64,000 nt of DNA from Bacilli bacterium (lineage in GTDB: Bacteria > Bacillota_I > Bacilli_A > RFN20 > CAG-826). A model generated the notes under the pieces. It was not told the origin of the DNA. It was given only the letters and a program-made list of their open reading frames with translations, and searched no databases. Positions 1 to 9,403 of the stretch are shown here, one piece after another. The stretch covers positions 16,116 to 80,115 of the forward strand of contig JAZQOV010000006.1 of assembly GCA_045628045.1 (NCBI GenBank), written 5' to 3'. How positions within the stretch are numbered: position 1 is the stretch's first letter; each line of letters opens with the position of its first letter. The translations under genes and the position numbers were made by a program.

Positions 1-382
1 AGCAAGCACCAATGCAACGAAGTGCATCTAGTGTAAACATGCCGTCTTCTGTAGTTTCACCTGGTTTAATACCAAGCAATTCGGAAAATTTGTCAATTAC
101 GAGTTGGCTTCCTTTGACATAGCATGCTGTGCCAAGGCAAACACCGATAACATATTTTCCTTTTGGTGTTAAACTGAAGAATGAGTAGAAAGTAACTACG
201 CCATAGATTTCAGCAACAGGTATATTCAATAATGAAGAAACAAGTTCTTGTACTTCTAATGGGATGTAGCCATATTCAGATTGAATTGCTTCAAGAACCA
301 TCATAAGTGGAGTTTCTTCGTTTTTGTAGCGCTCTACAATTTCAGTAATTTGTTTTACTGCATGAGCTTGTAATTTCGCCAT
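1..382 (-). CDS. NuoE/HndA-like thioredoxin-fold [2Fe-2S] subunit (hydrogenase / NADH dehydrogenase 24 kDa type); N-terminal part only, 3' end lies outside the window
   Basis: Hand translation of the minus strand from ATG at 382-380, with GGAGG 6 nt upstream: MAKLQAHAVKQITEIVERYKNEETPLMMVLEAIQSEYGYIPLEVQELVSSLLNIPVAEIYGVVTFYSFFSLTPKGKYVIGVCLGTACYVKGSQ...LRCIGAC. The C-x4-C and C-x3-C pattern and the FYSFF block are typical of the NuoE family. It is absent from the ORF track because it runs off the window. Confidence 0.7.
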   Translation of the reverse strand, partial: MAKLQAHAVKQITEIVERYKNEETPLMMVLEAIQSEYGYIPLEVQELVSSLLNIPVAEIYGVVTFYSFFSLTPKGKYVIGVCLGTACYVKGSQLVIDKFSELLGIKPGETTEDGMFTLDALRCIGAC

Positions 383-538
383 ATATTACCTCCATTTTTG
401 ATTAATACATACATTATTATAATAATGCGAAAATAATAAACAATAATTTATTCAAAAGATTTGAATGTATGCGTTTTCATTTTTCAAGTTTTGAGATTTA
501 AGATACAAATTCTTTAAATGTTTTGATATCATTTTCGT

Positions 539-1435
539 ATGAAAAAATCTTTACCATTAATAATCTCTCTAGCTTGCTTACTTGGATCTTGTGATTTCGA
601 TTTATCCTTTATTAATTTTGGAAATAATCCAACTAATGAAACAAACAACAACGAAGGAAATACTGGTAAACCAGTAACTGGAGGAGATTATACATCGACT
701 TGGCCTACTGATTATCAAAAATACGTTATTACTTATTTAAATGGAATGGTTCCTTGCTTTTTAAATGCAAACAAGAAATGTTTATTCACCAGCTTCGAAA
801 CCGGTGTTAAAGAGGACGAACCAACTATTCCATATTTTAATCCTTATATAAAAAATACAAGCCCAGGTATCAACTACGAACACGATTATGGAGTGATTCT
901 TAGTGACGCCGGTTTTACATCTGATGGTCACGAAATCGATGAAGAAGGAAAAGACATGTATTACTTTCATAAAGGTTGCTGCAATGTCCTTTACTCAAAA
1001 TATAGAGGCGACGACAACATTTATTACTTCGACGTTTATGCTTATTACGATTATACAGCACCACTTGAGCTTCCAAATTCTAAGCTTAGTTTAGATGTCG
1101 AAAACATGAAATTAACCGGAAAATATCAGTCAAATTATTCATTAACAGTGGGTTCTTACACATTATCAGGCGTTGATATAATGAAGAATTCATACGACAT
1201 TCAATTAAAAGCAAATACTGGCAAATTAACAATCCAAGGACCTTCAAAAGGAGTTGCGTTTATTGTTTCTAAAAATGCAGATCATCTCTTTGTAAGATAC
1301 GGCTCATCAAGTAGCAATTTAAAATATGCATTTAATGAAGGCGGTACCTTTAATTTCCCTTCACAAGCAAATTACATAGAAATTACTTCCGGCACAAAAG
1401 TTTTGGATGTAGAAACAATTGATGTTCTTAATTAA
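539..1435 (+). CDS. Putative lipoprotein, function unknown
   Basis: 298-aa ORF. Signal peptide with a lipobox (LACLLGS-C), followed by an Asn/Thr/Gly-rich linker. Confidence 0.6.
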   Translation: MKKSLPLIISLACLLGSCDFDLSFINFGNNPTNETNNNEGNTGKPVTGGDYTSTWPTDYQKYVITYLNGMVPCFLNANKKCLFTSFETGVKEDEPTIPYFNPYIKNTSPGINYEHDYGVILSDAGFTSDGHEIDEEGKDMYYFHKGCCNVLYSKYRGDDNIYYFDVYAYYDYTAPLELPNSKLSLDVENMKLTGKYQSNYSLTVGSYTLSGVDIMKNSYDIQLKANTGKLTIQGPSKGVAFIVSKNADHLFVRYGSSSSNLKYAFNEGGTFNFPSQANYIEITSGTKVLDVETIDVLN

Positions 1436-1454
1436 AAAAGACATAAATGTCTTT

Positions 1455-3401
1455 TTATTTTACTTCAATTTGTTCTAAATTAATGTATTTATATTTTTCA
1501 AATTGAGTTATTTCTTTTGAACGTTTGCACATGCACTCATAGATTTCATTTCTTAATTTTTCTCTTGCCTCTTTTTTGTCTAGGTTTTGATCAGAATAAA
1601 ATGGTCCATCTATGTGAGTGACTAATCTAAATTTATTTCCTTTTTTACCGGCAGGAACAAAAGTGTTAGTCAAGCAAATTGAAGGCTTATTATTTTCCAC
1701 TGGATATCTGAAAGAACCTGCAGAAAATGGGCGAATTTCTGTATAATTTGGCCAAATATGCTCTTCAGGATAAATAGTTATGTGCTGATTTTTTGCCGAT
1801 ATTTTTCTTATAGCTTGAGTGAAATTTATTGTTCCCTCAAGCGTTGAAGGAAGAGGAATTCCGCCAAGCATTTTTACAATTGTTCTAATTCCAAATACCG
1901 AGAAGGCTTCTGGACCAACAATTATGTTATTTCGTCTATGAAAAATTAAATTTGGCGTATAAGCATCACCCATCGAAAGTGTGTGATTTGCGTATATGAA
2001 TGCACCCTTCAAATCACTTTTCTTCTCGGTTAGATGATTTACAAATTTCTGCTTATACGCAATTTTATTAAGCAATCTAATAAGAGGTTTTGCGATTATA
2101 AAATATAAAATAAATTCAAACAATTTATAAACTGGGTCTTTTTTTATATATTTAAATTTAGAAGGAATCTTTTTTGCTTCAATTCCATTGAGTGCAAAAT
2201 CATCATTTAACTCATCTCTAAAATAATAGGTAGTTTTATTTGTATGGTTTTCTTTCTTTGTATAAGTAAGTAACATATTGCGCATTTTTCTCATACATTC
2301 ATCTTGCTCAAAATTATGCCTGAAGTTTTCATACTCTTTTGCGCATTTAGCTTTTTCTTTTGGATGCTCAATCCAGTAATCAATCTTATTAGCAAGATCT
2401 TTTGGAGAATTATATTTGAAAAGATTCTTTTCTCCTAATGCAAAAGCATTAGTTGCACTCCTTTTAGAATCAGAAATAACTGGAACAAGTCCACAGGTAA
2501 TTGCTTCTAAACATGAGATGGCTTCTATTTCTATTTCTGAAGGGTGAACATATAAATCACATGAATTAATAATCTCCACCAATTCAGTTCTTGAGTAGAA
2601 ATCCATTAAAATAGGATTTAATTTGTATCTTTTCTCTAATTTACGGACCATTTTTTCTCTTGGCCCTTGTCCCGCAAAGATAAGTCGAATGTTATCTTTA
2701 TATTTTGATAATTTAACGGCTTTTAATAATAGATAATGTGATTTTTCTCTAGAAATACGACCAATAAACAAAATATTATATTTATCAGAAAGTTCTGGTT
2801 TTCTTTCTTTTATTTCAACTTTTTTATAAATATCATTAACACCATTTGAAATAACATAACCATTTGTTTTGCGTTTAACTGCATTCTCAAAAGTGTCTTT
2901 TATGAATTTAGTTGGATAATGAATTGCGTTTACTCGTTTGTATATTCGATTGTAATGATTCTTGTAAACAAGTTTATTAAATAGTTTACTATTCATTAGG
3001 TTAAATATATGAGCAGAGAAATTTTCGGCTTGGCAATGAAATCCACATGTAACTGGAATTCCTTTAGCTCTAGCAACCTTAGCAGTCTGAGTCCCTAAAG
3101 CAAATGGCATTATTACGTGCACAATATCAACGCCTTCTAATGCTTTTAAAATTACTTTTTTATCAGGTTTTGCTAAAGCAACATTGTTTGCGCGAATCAA
3201 ATAATCAATCAGAAATCCGAATTTCCTTTGTGGCACAACAAAAGTATCTTTTTCTTCTTTTTTATTCTGATCACAACACAAAATATTTACGTGGTCACCT
3301 TGTTTTCTTAAATATCTTATTAAATTCATAGCGGCAATCGTTGTGCCGTTGTTCTCTTGACCGAGATAATCACATACTACTAAAACTTTCATATTTTTCA
3401 C
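1455..3401 (-). CDS. Fusion protein: GT4-family glycosyltransferase (N-terminal ~395 aa) plus LPLAT/PlsC-like acyltransferase domain (C-terminal ~230 aa)
   Basis: 648-aa ORF. The N-terminus MKVLVVCDY..NGTT and the E-x7-E block EIEIEAISCLEAITCGLVPV are GT-B/GT4 hallmarks. The C-terminal blocks ANHTLSMGD, IYPEEH and RYPV resemble acyltransferase motifs I, III and IV. Confidence 0.7.
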   Translation of the reverse strand: MKNMKVLVVCDYLGQENNGTTIAAMNLIRYLRKQGDHVNILCCDQNKKEEKDTFVVPQRKFGFLIDYLIRANNVALAKPDKKVILKALEGVDIVHVIMPFALGTQTAKVARAKGIPVTCGFHCQAENFSAHIFNLMNSKLFNKLVYKNHYNRIYKRVNAIHYPTKFIKDTFENAVKRKTNGYVISNGVNDIYKKVEIKERKPELSDKYNILFIGRISREKSHYLLLKAVKLSKYKDNIRLIFAGQGPREKMVRKLEKRYKLNPILMDFYSRTELVEIINSCDLYVHPSEIEIEAISCLEAITCGLVPVISDSKRSATNAFALGEKNLFKYNSPKDLANKIDYWIEHPKEKAKCAKEYENFRHNFEQDECMRKMRNMLLTYTKKENHTNKTTYYFRDELNDDFALNGIEAKKIPSKFKYIKKDPVYKLFEFILYFIIAKPLIRLLNKIAYKQKFVNHLTEKKSDLKGAFIYANHTLSMGDAYTPNLIFHRRNNIIVGPEAFSVFGIRTIVKMLGGIPLPSTLEGTINFTQAIRKISAKNQHITIYPEEHIWPNYTEIRPFSAGSFRYPVENNKPSICLTNTFVPAGKKGNKFRLVTHIDGPFYSDQNLDKKEAREKLRNEIYECMCKRSKEITQFEKYKYINLEQIEVK

Positions 3402-3490
3402 TTCCGGTTGAGAATTATATTTTTATATTTTAAAATTGTTAAGGGAACTCTACGCTATATATCGTAGAATGTAATTCTACCGTTAGGAGA

Positions 3491-4105
3491 ATGTTAGATT
3501 TTATGGGACAAATTAACGAAAATATTGCAAATAACATAATAAAACTAAGAAAACTCAATAAATTAACGCAACAAGATCTTGCTATCAAAATAAACTACTC
3601 AGATAAAGCAATTTCTAAGTGGGAAAGAGGAGATAGCGTTCCAGACATTGAGATGCTCTGCAAGCTTAGTGAGATTTTTAACGTTGATGTTAATTATTTA
3701 ACAAAAGAACATAGCGACTCAGAAATTCATAATTTGGATAATAATTCTAATTTCTTTGTTCGCAATCTTTTGATTCTTATAATGCTCTGTGTTTCAATGT
3801 TTTTGCTTTCCACTATTGTCTTTACAATTGCTACGTTAAAAAGCACAGAAAATGCGAAAATCTACTGGATTTCCTTCATATTTAGCGTTCCAGTCTGTTC
3901 TTTATTTGCACATATTTACGCAAAGAAGAATAATTATTGGCTTATGAAATTAATAGCTGTTTCTACACTTCTTTGGTCAATAATTACTTCTTTATATTGT
4001 TTAGCAATTGTACTTGGTTATCCTTCTTTCTGGATGCTCTATATTGTCGGAGCTCCTATTCAAGTAGCAATCGGCTTGTTCTACTTCTGGAAGAAAACAT
4101 TCTAA
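3491..4105 (+). CDS. XRE-family HTH regulator fused to a C-terminal multi-TM domain
   Basis: 204-aa ORF. LRKLNKLTQQDLAIKINYSDKAISKWERG is a Cro/C1-type HTH, followed by 4 hydrophobic segments. AGGAG at 3485-3489 fits the second ATG (3503) better than 3491. Confidence 0.75.
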   Translation: MLDFMGQINENIANNIIKLRKLNKLTQQDLAIKINYSDKAISKWERGDSVPDIEMLCKLSEIFNVDVNYLTKEHSDSEIHNLDNNSNFFVRNLLILIMLCVSMFLLSTIVFTIATLKSTENAKIYWISFIFSVPVCSLFAHIYAKKNNYWLMKLIAVSTLLWSIITSLYCLAIVLGYPSFWMLYIVGAPIQVAIGLFYFWKKTF

Positions 4106-4238
4106 AGAATTAATAATGCGTTGATATAATACAAATCCGATTCAAAATTAATCCATTTAAAATTTGTTTTTTCTCTTTTTTCAGCTGGTGAGGTGTCCTG
4201 TCCACGTTGTCGTAAAGATTCATCCCCTGGCCAACATG

Positions 4239-4263
4239 AAAAAAGATGCACCTGAAGTGCATC
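4239..4263 (-). terminator. Rho-independent terminator after the tRNA-Asp/tRNA-Phe pair
   Basis: Minus strand reads GATGCAC-TTCAG-GTGCATC followed by TTTTTT. The stem is palindromic, so it may also stop the convergent plus-strand gene. Confidence 0.6.
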
Positions 4264-4277
4264 TTAATTCTTTTTCA

Positions 4278-4353
4278 TGGTGGTCCAGGCCGGGGATGAT
4301 CCGGCGACACGTGGATTTTCAGTCCACTGCTCTACCAGCTGAGCTACCGGACC
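4278..4353 (-). tRNA. tRNA-Phe (GAA)
   Basis: The reverse complement GGTCCGGTAGCTCAGCTGGTAGAGCAGTGGACTGAAAATCCACGTGTCGCCGGATCATCCCCGGCCTGGACCACCA folds as a cloverleaf. Anticodon loop is CTGAAAA and CCA is encoded. The T-loop reads ATCATCC, which is atypical. Confidence 0.8.
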
Positions 4354-4431
4354 ACGTCGTGTCCGCTAGCCCTATTAGAGAAGTGGACTTATCAACGATT
4401 CCGTAGTTTTCTACAAACCGAGATTAACTAA

Positions 4432-4507
4432 TGGCGGATCCTACGAGAGTCGAACTCGTCTCGCCTCCGTGACAGGGAGGCATCATAAACCGATAGACCA
4501 AGGATCC
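4432..4507 (-). tRNA. tRNA-Asp (GTC)
   Basis: Reverse complement GGATCCTTGGTCTATCGGTTTATGATGCCTCCCTGTCACGGAGGCGAGACGAGTTCGACTCTCGTAGGATCCGCCA. Anticodon stem CCTCC/GGAGG, loop CTGTCAC, T-loop TTCGACT, CCA encoded. Confidence 0.9.
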
Positions 4508-4593
4508 GTAATCAGCGAATAATATTATCTTAAAATTTGTAATAAAAATCAAGAAATATTTATTCGCCAAGTATTTTTAACTATTAATTTAAA

Positions 4594-5133
4594 TTAATAA
4601 TTCTTTGCTCTTAATTCAAAGTATGCTTGAGGGTGTGCACAAACTGGGCAAAGCATTGGAGCTTCTTTACCAACGTGAATATGTCCGCAGTTACGGCATT
4701 TCCAAATAACAACATCCTTTGCAATGAAGACTTTTTTGCCTTCTACTTTTTCAAGTAATTCACGATATCTTTCTTCGTGTTCCTTTTCGATTTTTGCAAC
4801 ACCTTCAAATTTGCATGCGATTTCATCGAAACCTTCTTTACGTGCAACTTCTGCGAATTCTTTGTACATTTCTGTCCATTCAAAGTTTTCGCCGGCTGCT
4901 GCAGCTTTTAAGTTGTCGATTGTCGATTTAACTTCACCGCCTTCAAGGTATTTAAACCATAATTTGGCGTGTTCCTTTTCGTTTTCTGCTGTTTCTAAGA
5001 AGATGGCAGCGATTTGTTCATAACCTTCTTTTTTTGCTTTGCTTGCGAAGTAAGTATATTTATTTCTTGCTTGTGATTCACCAGCAAAAGCGGCTTGTAA
5101 ATTCTTTTCTGTTTGAGATCCTTGTAACTTCAT
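4594..5133 (-). CDS. rbr: Rubrerythrin
   Basis: 179 aa. N-terminal ferritin-like di-iron domain ([36 protein letters not shown]) plus a C-terminal rubredoxin-type CRNCG...CPVC. Confidence 0.9.
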   Translation of the reverse strand: MKLQGSQTEKNLQAAFAGESQARNKYTYFASKAKKEGYEQIAAIFLETAENEKEHAKLWFKYLEGGEVKSTIDNLKAAAAGENFEWTEMYKEFAEVARKEGFDEIACKFEGVAKIEKEHEERYRELLEKVEGKKVFIAKDVVIWKCRNCGHIHVGKEAPMLCPVCAHPQAYFELRAKNY

Positions 5134-5210
5134 TTTAGTTCTCCCTTCAACATAATGTTACACGAAATAAAAAATATATCAATTGATAATATTTAAAATA
5201 AAATTTTAAT

Positions 5211-5858
5211 CTATTTAGATTTTGGTTTTCCAAAAGTAACTTCAGCCAAAGCTAATTGGCCAGAATTATAAATATCAACTCTACGTGTATGGCCTGAGAT
5301 AACGAATGCGTCCATACTTTGCCAAATAAACATCCATGACATAATAAGTGTTAACTCATTAATAACATCTGATCTTGTGGATTCTTTAAATACAAATAGA
5401 GAAAGGAAATGTAAGGCCAACATTAAAACACCAACAGTCATAAGAATTGCAGCAAAAATCATAGATTTTCTATGTTCCATACGTTTATCCTCATACTCTA
5501 AGGTGTAATGACGTTTAACGAATCTTCTGATTTTGTCTTTTAATTCTTCACTGTATTTTCCACCATCATCAAAATTAATAACTACCGGAATGGCGGCGCG
5601 TAAGTAATAAACTTGTGTATCAATGTAATCAAAAATTTCAGGATCCATACGTTTATCGTATGAGAAAACTGAGAATGGAGTTTCAATCTTAGTTAAATCA
5701 ACATTGACGTAAGCCTTTCCATCATCTTCAACTAATGTATCTTCATAATGAAGTGAAGCTAAATACTTTTTAGCATAAAGTGGTTTAAGGCGATTAACGA
5801 ATTCCTTATTTTGAATTGCTATTTCTTTCGCTTTTTCTCTTTTTTCTGATCTTTTCAT
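5211..5858 (-). CDS. Hypothetical membrane protein
   Basis: 215-aa ORF. Charged N-terminus and two hydrophobic segments near the C-terminus. No family recognised. Confidence 0.45.
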   Translation of the reverse strand: MKRSEKREKAKEIAIQNKEFVNRLKPLYAKKYLASLHYEDTLVEDDGKAYVNVDLTKIETPFSVFSYDKRMDPEIFDYIDTQVYYLRAAIPVVINFDDGGKYSEELKDKIRRFVKRHYTLEYEDKRMEHRKSMIFAAILMTVGVLMLALHFLSLFVFKESTRSDVINELTLIMSWMFIWQSMDAFVISGHTRRVDIYNSGQLALAEVTFGKPKSK

Positions 5859-5928
5859 GTCTTTATTATATAAAAAAATTGCATTTTTGGCAAATCAACA
5901 CCATCATCGCAATCTTTAAAATTAAAAC

Positions 5929-6426
5929 TTATTTCTCGATAAAGTCGATATTTTTATGGCTTGGAATCCAAGTAACAAGCAACAACAAAATTCCCGCTAA
6001 AGTAGAAAGCACTGCCGCCATTATTAAACCAAATCCGTTTTTAATAAGTGGAGTGTCTCCGAGATTATTTTTTCTTAAAATTAATTCCTTTGTGAGAAGA
6101 ATAAAAATTGCGCTTATAAAATATAAAATAGCAAGAATAGAATTAACTACGTTAATTGATTTGCTCCAAGATGGCTTAAATGATTCAACGATAAGCACAA
6201 TTGCCATAAGCATTGGTAACACAAACCCAATAATCGGGAGCACAGTTCCTTTATAAACAGGGATATCTTTTGATGATTTGCCAAGATAAGCTTTAAGAGG
6301 ATAATTGTACCAACGGCCTATAACTGAATCATAAATCTTTAAAGGTGATGAGAAAATGCATAAAAAAGCAACTATTCCAAAAAGAGCCGCAATATAAATC
6401 AAAATGTTTTTAACATACCTTTTCAT
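5929..6426 (-). CDS. Hypothetical integral membrane protein
   Basis: 165-aa ORF with 4 hydrophobic segments. No family recognised. Confidence 0.45.
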   Translation of the reverse strand: MKRYVKNILIYIAALFGIVAFLCIFSSPLKIYDSVIGRWYNYPLKAYLGKSSKDIPVYKGTVLPIIGFVLPMLMAIVLIVESFKPSWSKSINVVNSILAILYFISAIFILLTKELILRKNNLGDTPLIKNGFGLIMAAVLSTLAGILLLLVTWIPSHKNIDFIEK

Positions 6427-6605
6427 CGAAGGTATTATAAACTAAAAACAAAATTTCTCATACAATTTATTTACAAAATTGTCTCGCAAGCAAGATTTCA
6501 AGGAAAATTAAGGAAAATTTAATCTGTAACTCTAAGAAAATACCAAAAAAAGATTGAATAATCTTCCAAATGTATTACAATACATACATATACGGAGGGC
6601 TAGTT

Positions 6606-7349
6606 ATGATGACATTAGATCAAAAATTAGTTGAGCTTCTTCAAGAAGCGTTAAGTTCCAATGGATGGCCATGGGGTAATTTTTTACTATCAACAATAGC
6701 TATCTTATTATGCGTCCTTCTTTGCGGACTAGTTGGTTTTGAAAGAGAAAAACGCGGAAGAAGTGCCGGTCTTAGAACTCACTTATTAGTCGGAGTTGGA
6801 TCTTGCCTCATTATGATTTTATCCATTTATGGATTCCCAGGATCACAAGATGGACACAGAGACGTTGCTCGTTTAGCAGCAGGCGTACTTGCTGGTGTCG
6901 GTTTCTTAGGTGCTGGTGCAATTATTCACGACAACGGAAATATTAAAGGTCTTACCACTGCCGGAACTATTTGGTTGGTCATGGCTATTGGCCTTGCATG
7001 TGGTTCATTCAACTTTATTCTTGCTATTTTAGTTACATTAGTTGTTATTGTTGTTTTAACAACATTCCGTAAATTAGAACACAAACTTAATAAACATAGT
7101 CCAATTCTTCTTGTTGTTACAAAATCAAATGTTCCTGTAATGTCAATCATTCTTGAATATGCAAAAGAAAACAAATTGCTTATTACAGACGTTTCATCAA
7201 ATTTAATTAATGAAGCTGAAGAAGATCTAGTTCAAACAATATTCAAAATAACATCTGAAAACAATGCCGAAATCAATGTTGCAAAGGTTGAGGAAGATGT
7301 TAAAAAGATTACAAAAGCAGTATCTGTTCAAAACTTAAATAGACATTAA
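6606..7349 (+). CDS. MgtC/SapB-family membrane protein with a C-terminal soluble (ACT-like) domain
   Basis: GFEREKRGRSAGLRTHLLVGVGS is the MgtC signature. GGAGGG at 6594-6599 precedes the in-frame ATG at 6606; the ORF-track start at 6570 has no RBS. Confidence 0.75.
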   Translation: MMTLDQKLVELLQEALSSNGWPWGNFLLSTIAILLCVLLCGLVGFEREKRGRSAGLRTHLLVGVGSCLIMILSIYGFPGSQDGHRDVARLAAGVLAGVGFLGAGAIIHDNGNIKGLTTAGTIWLVMAIGLACGSFNFILAILVTLVVIVVLTTFRKLEHKLNKHSPILLVVTKSNVPVMSIILEYAKENKLLITDVSSNLINEAEEDLVQTIFKITSENNAEINVAKVEEDVKKITKAVSVQNLNRH

Positions 7350-7387
7350 TTAATCTTTAGATTAAAGGAGCCATTTGGCTCCTTTTT

Positions 7388-8740
7388 TTATTTATCAGAA
7401 TAAATATTTCTCATCCACTTCTTTGAGAAATAATAGATTAAGCACATTGCAAGTGAGAATATCGTGGATAATGGATAAGCAAATCCCACAACAAACATAG
7501 GCATATCAAGTTTGCAGAAAATAATAGCAAGTGGAAGTCTAAAGACAAATGTTGTAAGCAAATTCTGAGTCATTGAGAAAAGACTATGGCCTGTTCCTAA
7601 GAATGTGTTATTAAGCGAGAACACGAATGTACACACAAATAAATCCAAAGATGTAGACATTATGTAGAGTGTTGCAATATCACGAGCATCTAATTTATCG
7701 CCAGCAAATAATCCAGCGAGTCCTTTTGCACAGAAAATATTTACTAAAGTCATTATTAATCCAATGATTACAGAAATCACAATTCCATATTTCATGTATT
7801 TCTTAATATTTTTAATATTACCAGCACCAGCATTTTGCGCTGCGGCAGTAGAAATTGAACATCCAATGGCGCTTAATACAGCAAAGCCAAAACTTGTGAC
7901 ACGATCAGTAATTCCAACAGCAGATGTAAAGTTATCGCCTCTAACGGAAATGAAAGCTAAAATAACTGCAAAACTAAGAATTACAAGTCCGTCTTGGATT
8001 GCAATAGGAACACCAGAGAAGGCAAACCTTTTGAAAGACATCTTATCGTAGATAAGACCTTTTGGGGTTTCGTATGAAAGTTTAATGCGTTTTAGATAAA
8101 GAATAGAGAACAAAGCTCCCACCGCTTCACCAATTGTTGTTGCTAATGCTGCACCAACTGTTCCCATATTAAATTTGATAATAAATAAAGCATCCAAAGC
8201 TACGTTTACAACAATTGTAATGGCAAGGAATAAAAATTCTGCAGTACTATTGCCATTAGCTTTTAATAAAGCACCGATAGAATGATATGTCGTATAAAAA
8301 GGAATTCCAGCAACTAGAATAATTAAGTAAGTTCTTGCAATATCAGCTGTTTCTCCAGTTAATTTCATCCACGTAATTATTGGGTAAAATAATGCTGCTA
8401 ATACAATTGTTGTTGCTATAGCAATAATCCCCATATATGAGAAAAATGCTTTAGTTGTTTTTCCAACATTTTCATCTCTTGCACCAATCAAATTACCAAT
8501 TACGATAGTTCCGCCTTCTGCTAAGCCTAAAATAATGGCGTTTATCGCAAACATTATAGTTGTGCCACTACTAACTGCAGCCATGTTTGCAGCAGTAGAA
8601 AATTGACCAATAAAAAATAAATCAATAGCAGAGTAAAGAGAATTCATTAAATTCCCAAGCAAAAATGGAATTGTAAAAAGAATAAGATTTCTAAATAAAT
8701 TACCTTTTGTTAAATCAATATCTCTTGCAAATCTAGCCAT
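7388..8740 (-). CDS. MATE-family efflux transporter
   Basis: 450 aa with 12 hydrophobic segments. The N-terminus DLTKGNLFRNLILFTIPFLLGNLMNSLYSAIDLFFIG is typical of MATE/NorM. Confidence 0.85.
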   Translation of the reverse strand: MARFARDIDLTKGNLFRNLILFTIPFLLGNLMNSLYSAIDLFFIGQFSTAANMAAVSSGTTIMFAINAIILGLAEGGTIVIGNLIGARDENVGKTTKAFFSYMGIIAIATTIVLAALFYPIITWMKLTGETADIARTYLIILVAGIPFYTTYHSIGALLKANGNSTAEFLFLAITIVVNVALDALFIIKFNMGTVGAALATTIGEAVGALFSILYLKRIKLSYETPKGLIYDKMSFKRFAFSGVPIAIQDGLVILSFAVILAFISVRGDNFTSAVGITDRVTSFGFAVLSAIGCSISTAAAQNAGAGNIKNIKKYMKYGIVISVIIGLIMTLVNIFCAKGLAGLFAGDKLDARDIATLYIMSTSLDLFVCTFVFSLNNTFLGTGHSLFSMTQNLLTTFVFRLPLAIIFCKLDMPMFVVGFAYPLSTIFSLAMCLIYYFSKKWMRNIYSDK

Positions 8741-8743
8741 AAT

Positions 8744-9403
8744 CTATAATGACAACACCTTAATAGTAGACACGTATTTTTCTTTTTCGTTAAAACCTAC
8801 ATTTACGCACCAAGCAATACGATAATTTTCAAATTTCTTTTCATAAAATTGATAATTATCCTTGCCTTCAATAACTATGTTATTGTCCTTTGCGGCAAGG
8901 CTAAAGGAATTAAGCGAAATGCATAAACCTGACCCAATGCATTTAACATAGGATTCTTTTAATGTCCAAAGTCTATAAAAAAGATCGACTTTTTCATTCG
9001 TAACTTCAATATACTCCTTTTCTTGAGGGGTAAAACAACGTTCTGCAACTTTTGCTTTATAGTCTTTAATTTCTTCAATATCAATGCCAACTTCTTTGTC
9101 TGAAATTACACAAATAGCGTATTTTCCTGAATGAGCTGTATTAAAAAAATACTTCGAATTTTTAAAATATGGTTTTCCGTTTTCGTTAAATTCGATTTCT
9201 AAGGAACTATAATCAATTTTAAAATCTTCACATGCTTTTTTAATTAATATTTCGACACCAAGTGAAAGACATTTAGTCTCAAACATTGATAATTTCTCTA
9301 TCTTTTCTTTTCGATAATCCTTGATACCGATAGTTAATTTGTCAAAAACATCCTTATTTATAAAGGATGTATCCAAAATATAAGTTAATATCGGTAAATT
9401 CAT
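8744..9403 (-). CDS. Sfp-type 4'-phosphopantetheinyl transferase
   Basis: 219 aa with the GIDIEEI and WTLKESYVKCIGSG motifs. It ends 3 nt before the MATE start, so the two are probably co-transcribed. Confidence 0.75.
   Translation of the reverse strand: MNLPILTYILDTSFINKDVFDKLTIGIKDYRKEKIEKLSMFETKCLSLGVEILIKKACEDFKIDYSSLEIEFNENGKPYFKNSKYFFNTAHSGKYAICVISDKEVGIDIEEIKDYKAKVAERCFTPQEKEYIEVTNEKVDLFYRLWTLKESYVKCIGSGLCISLNSFSLAAKDNNIVIEGKDNYQFYEKKFENYRIAWCVNVGFNEKEKYVSTIKVLSL

Noticed and set aside
4164-4237. The G+C-rich stretch as an SRP/4.5S RNA or another known small RNA
   Set aside because: It lacks the conserved GGAA tetraloop and AGCA motif of SRP domain IV on either strand, and I found no stable helices by eye. 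It is kept only as an unexplained element.
4164-4406. 80-aa plus-strand ORF from the ORF track
   Set aside because: It runs antisense through tRNA-Phe and a terminator hairpin, has no RBS, and its sequence is dictated by the tRNA. It is spurious.
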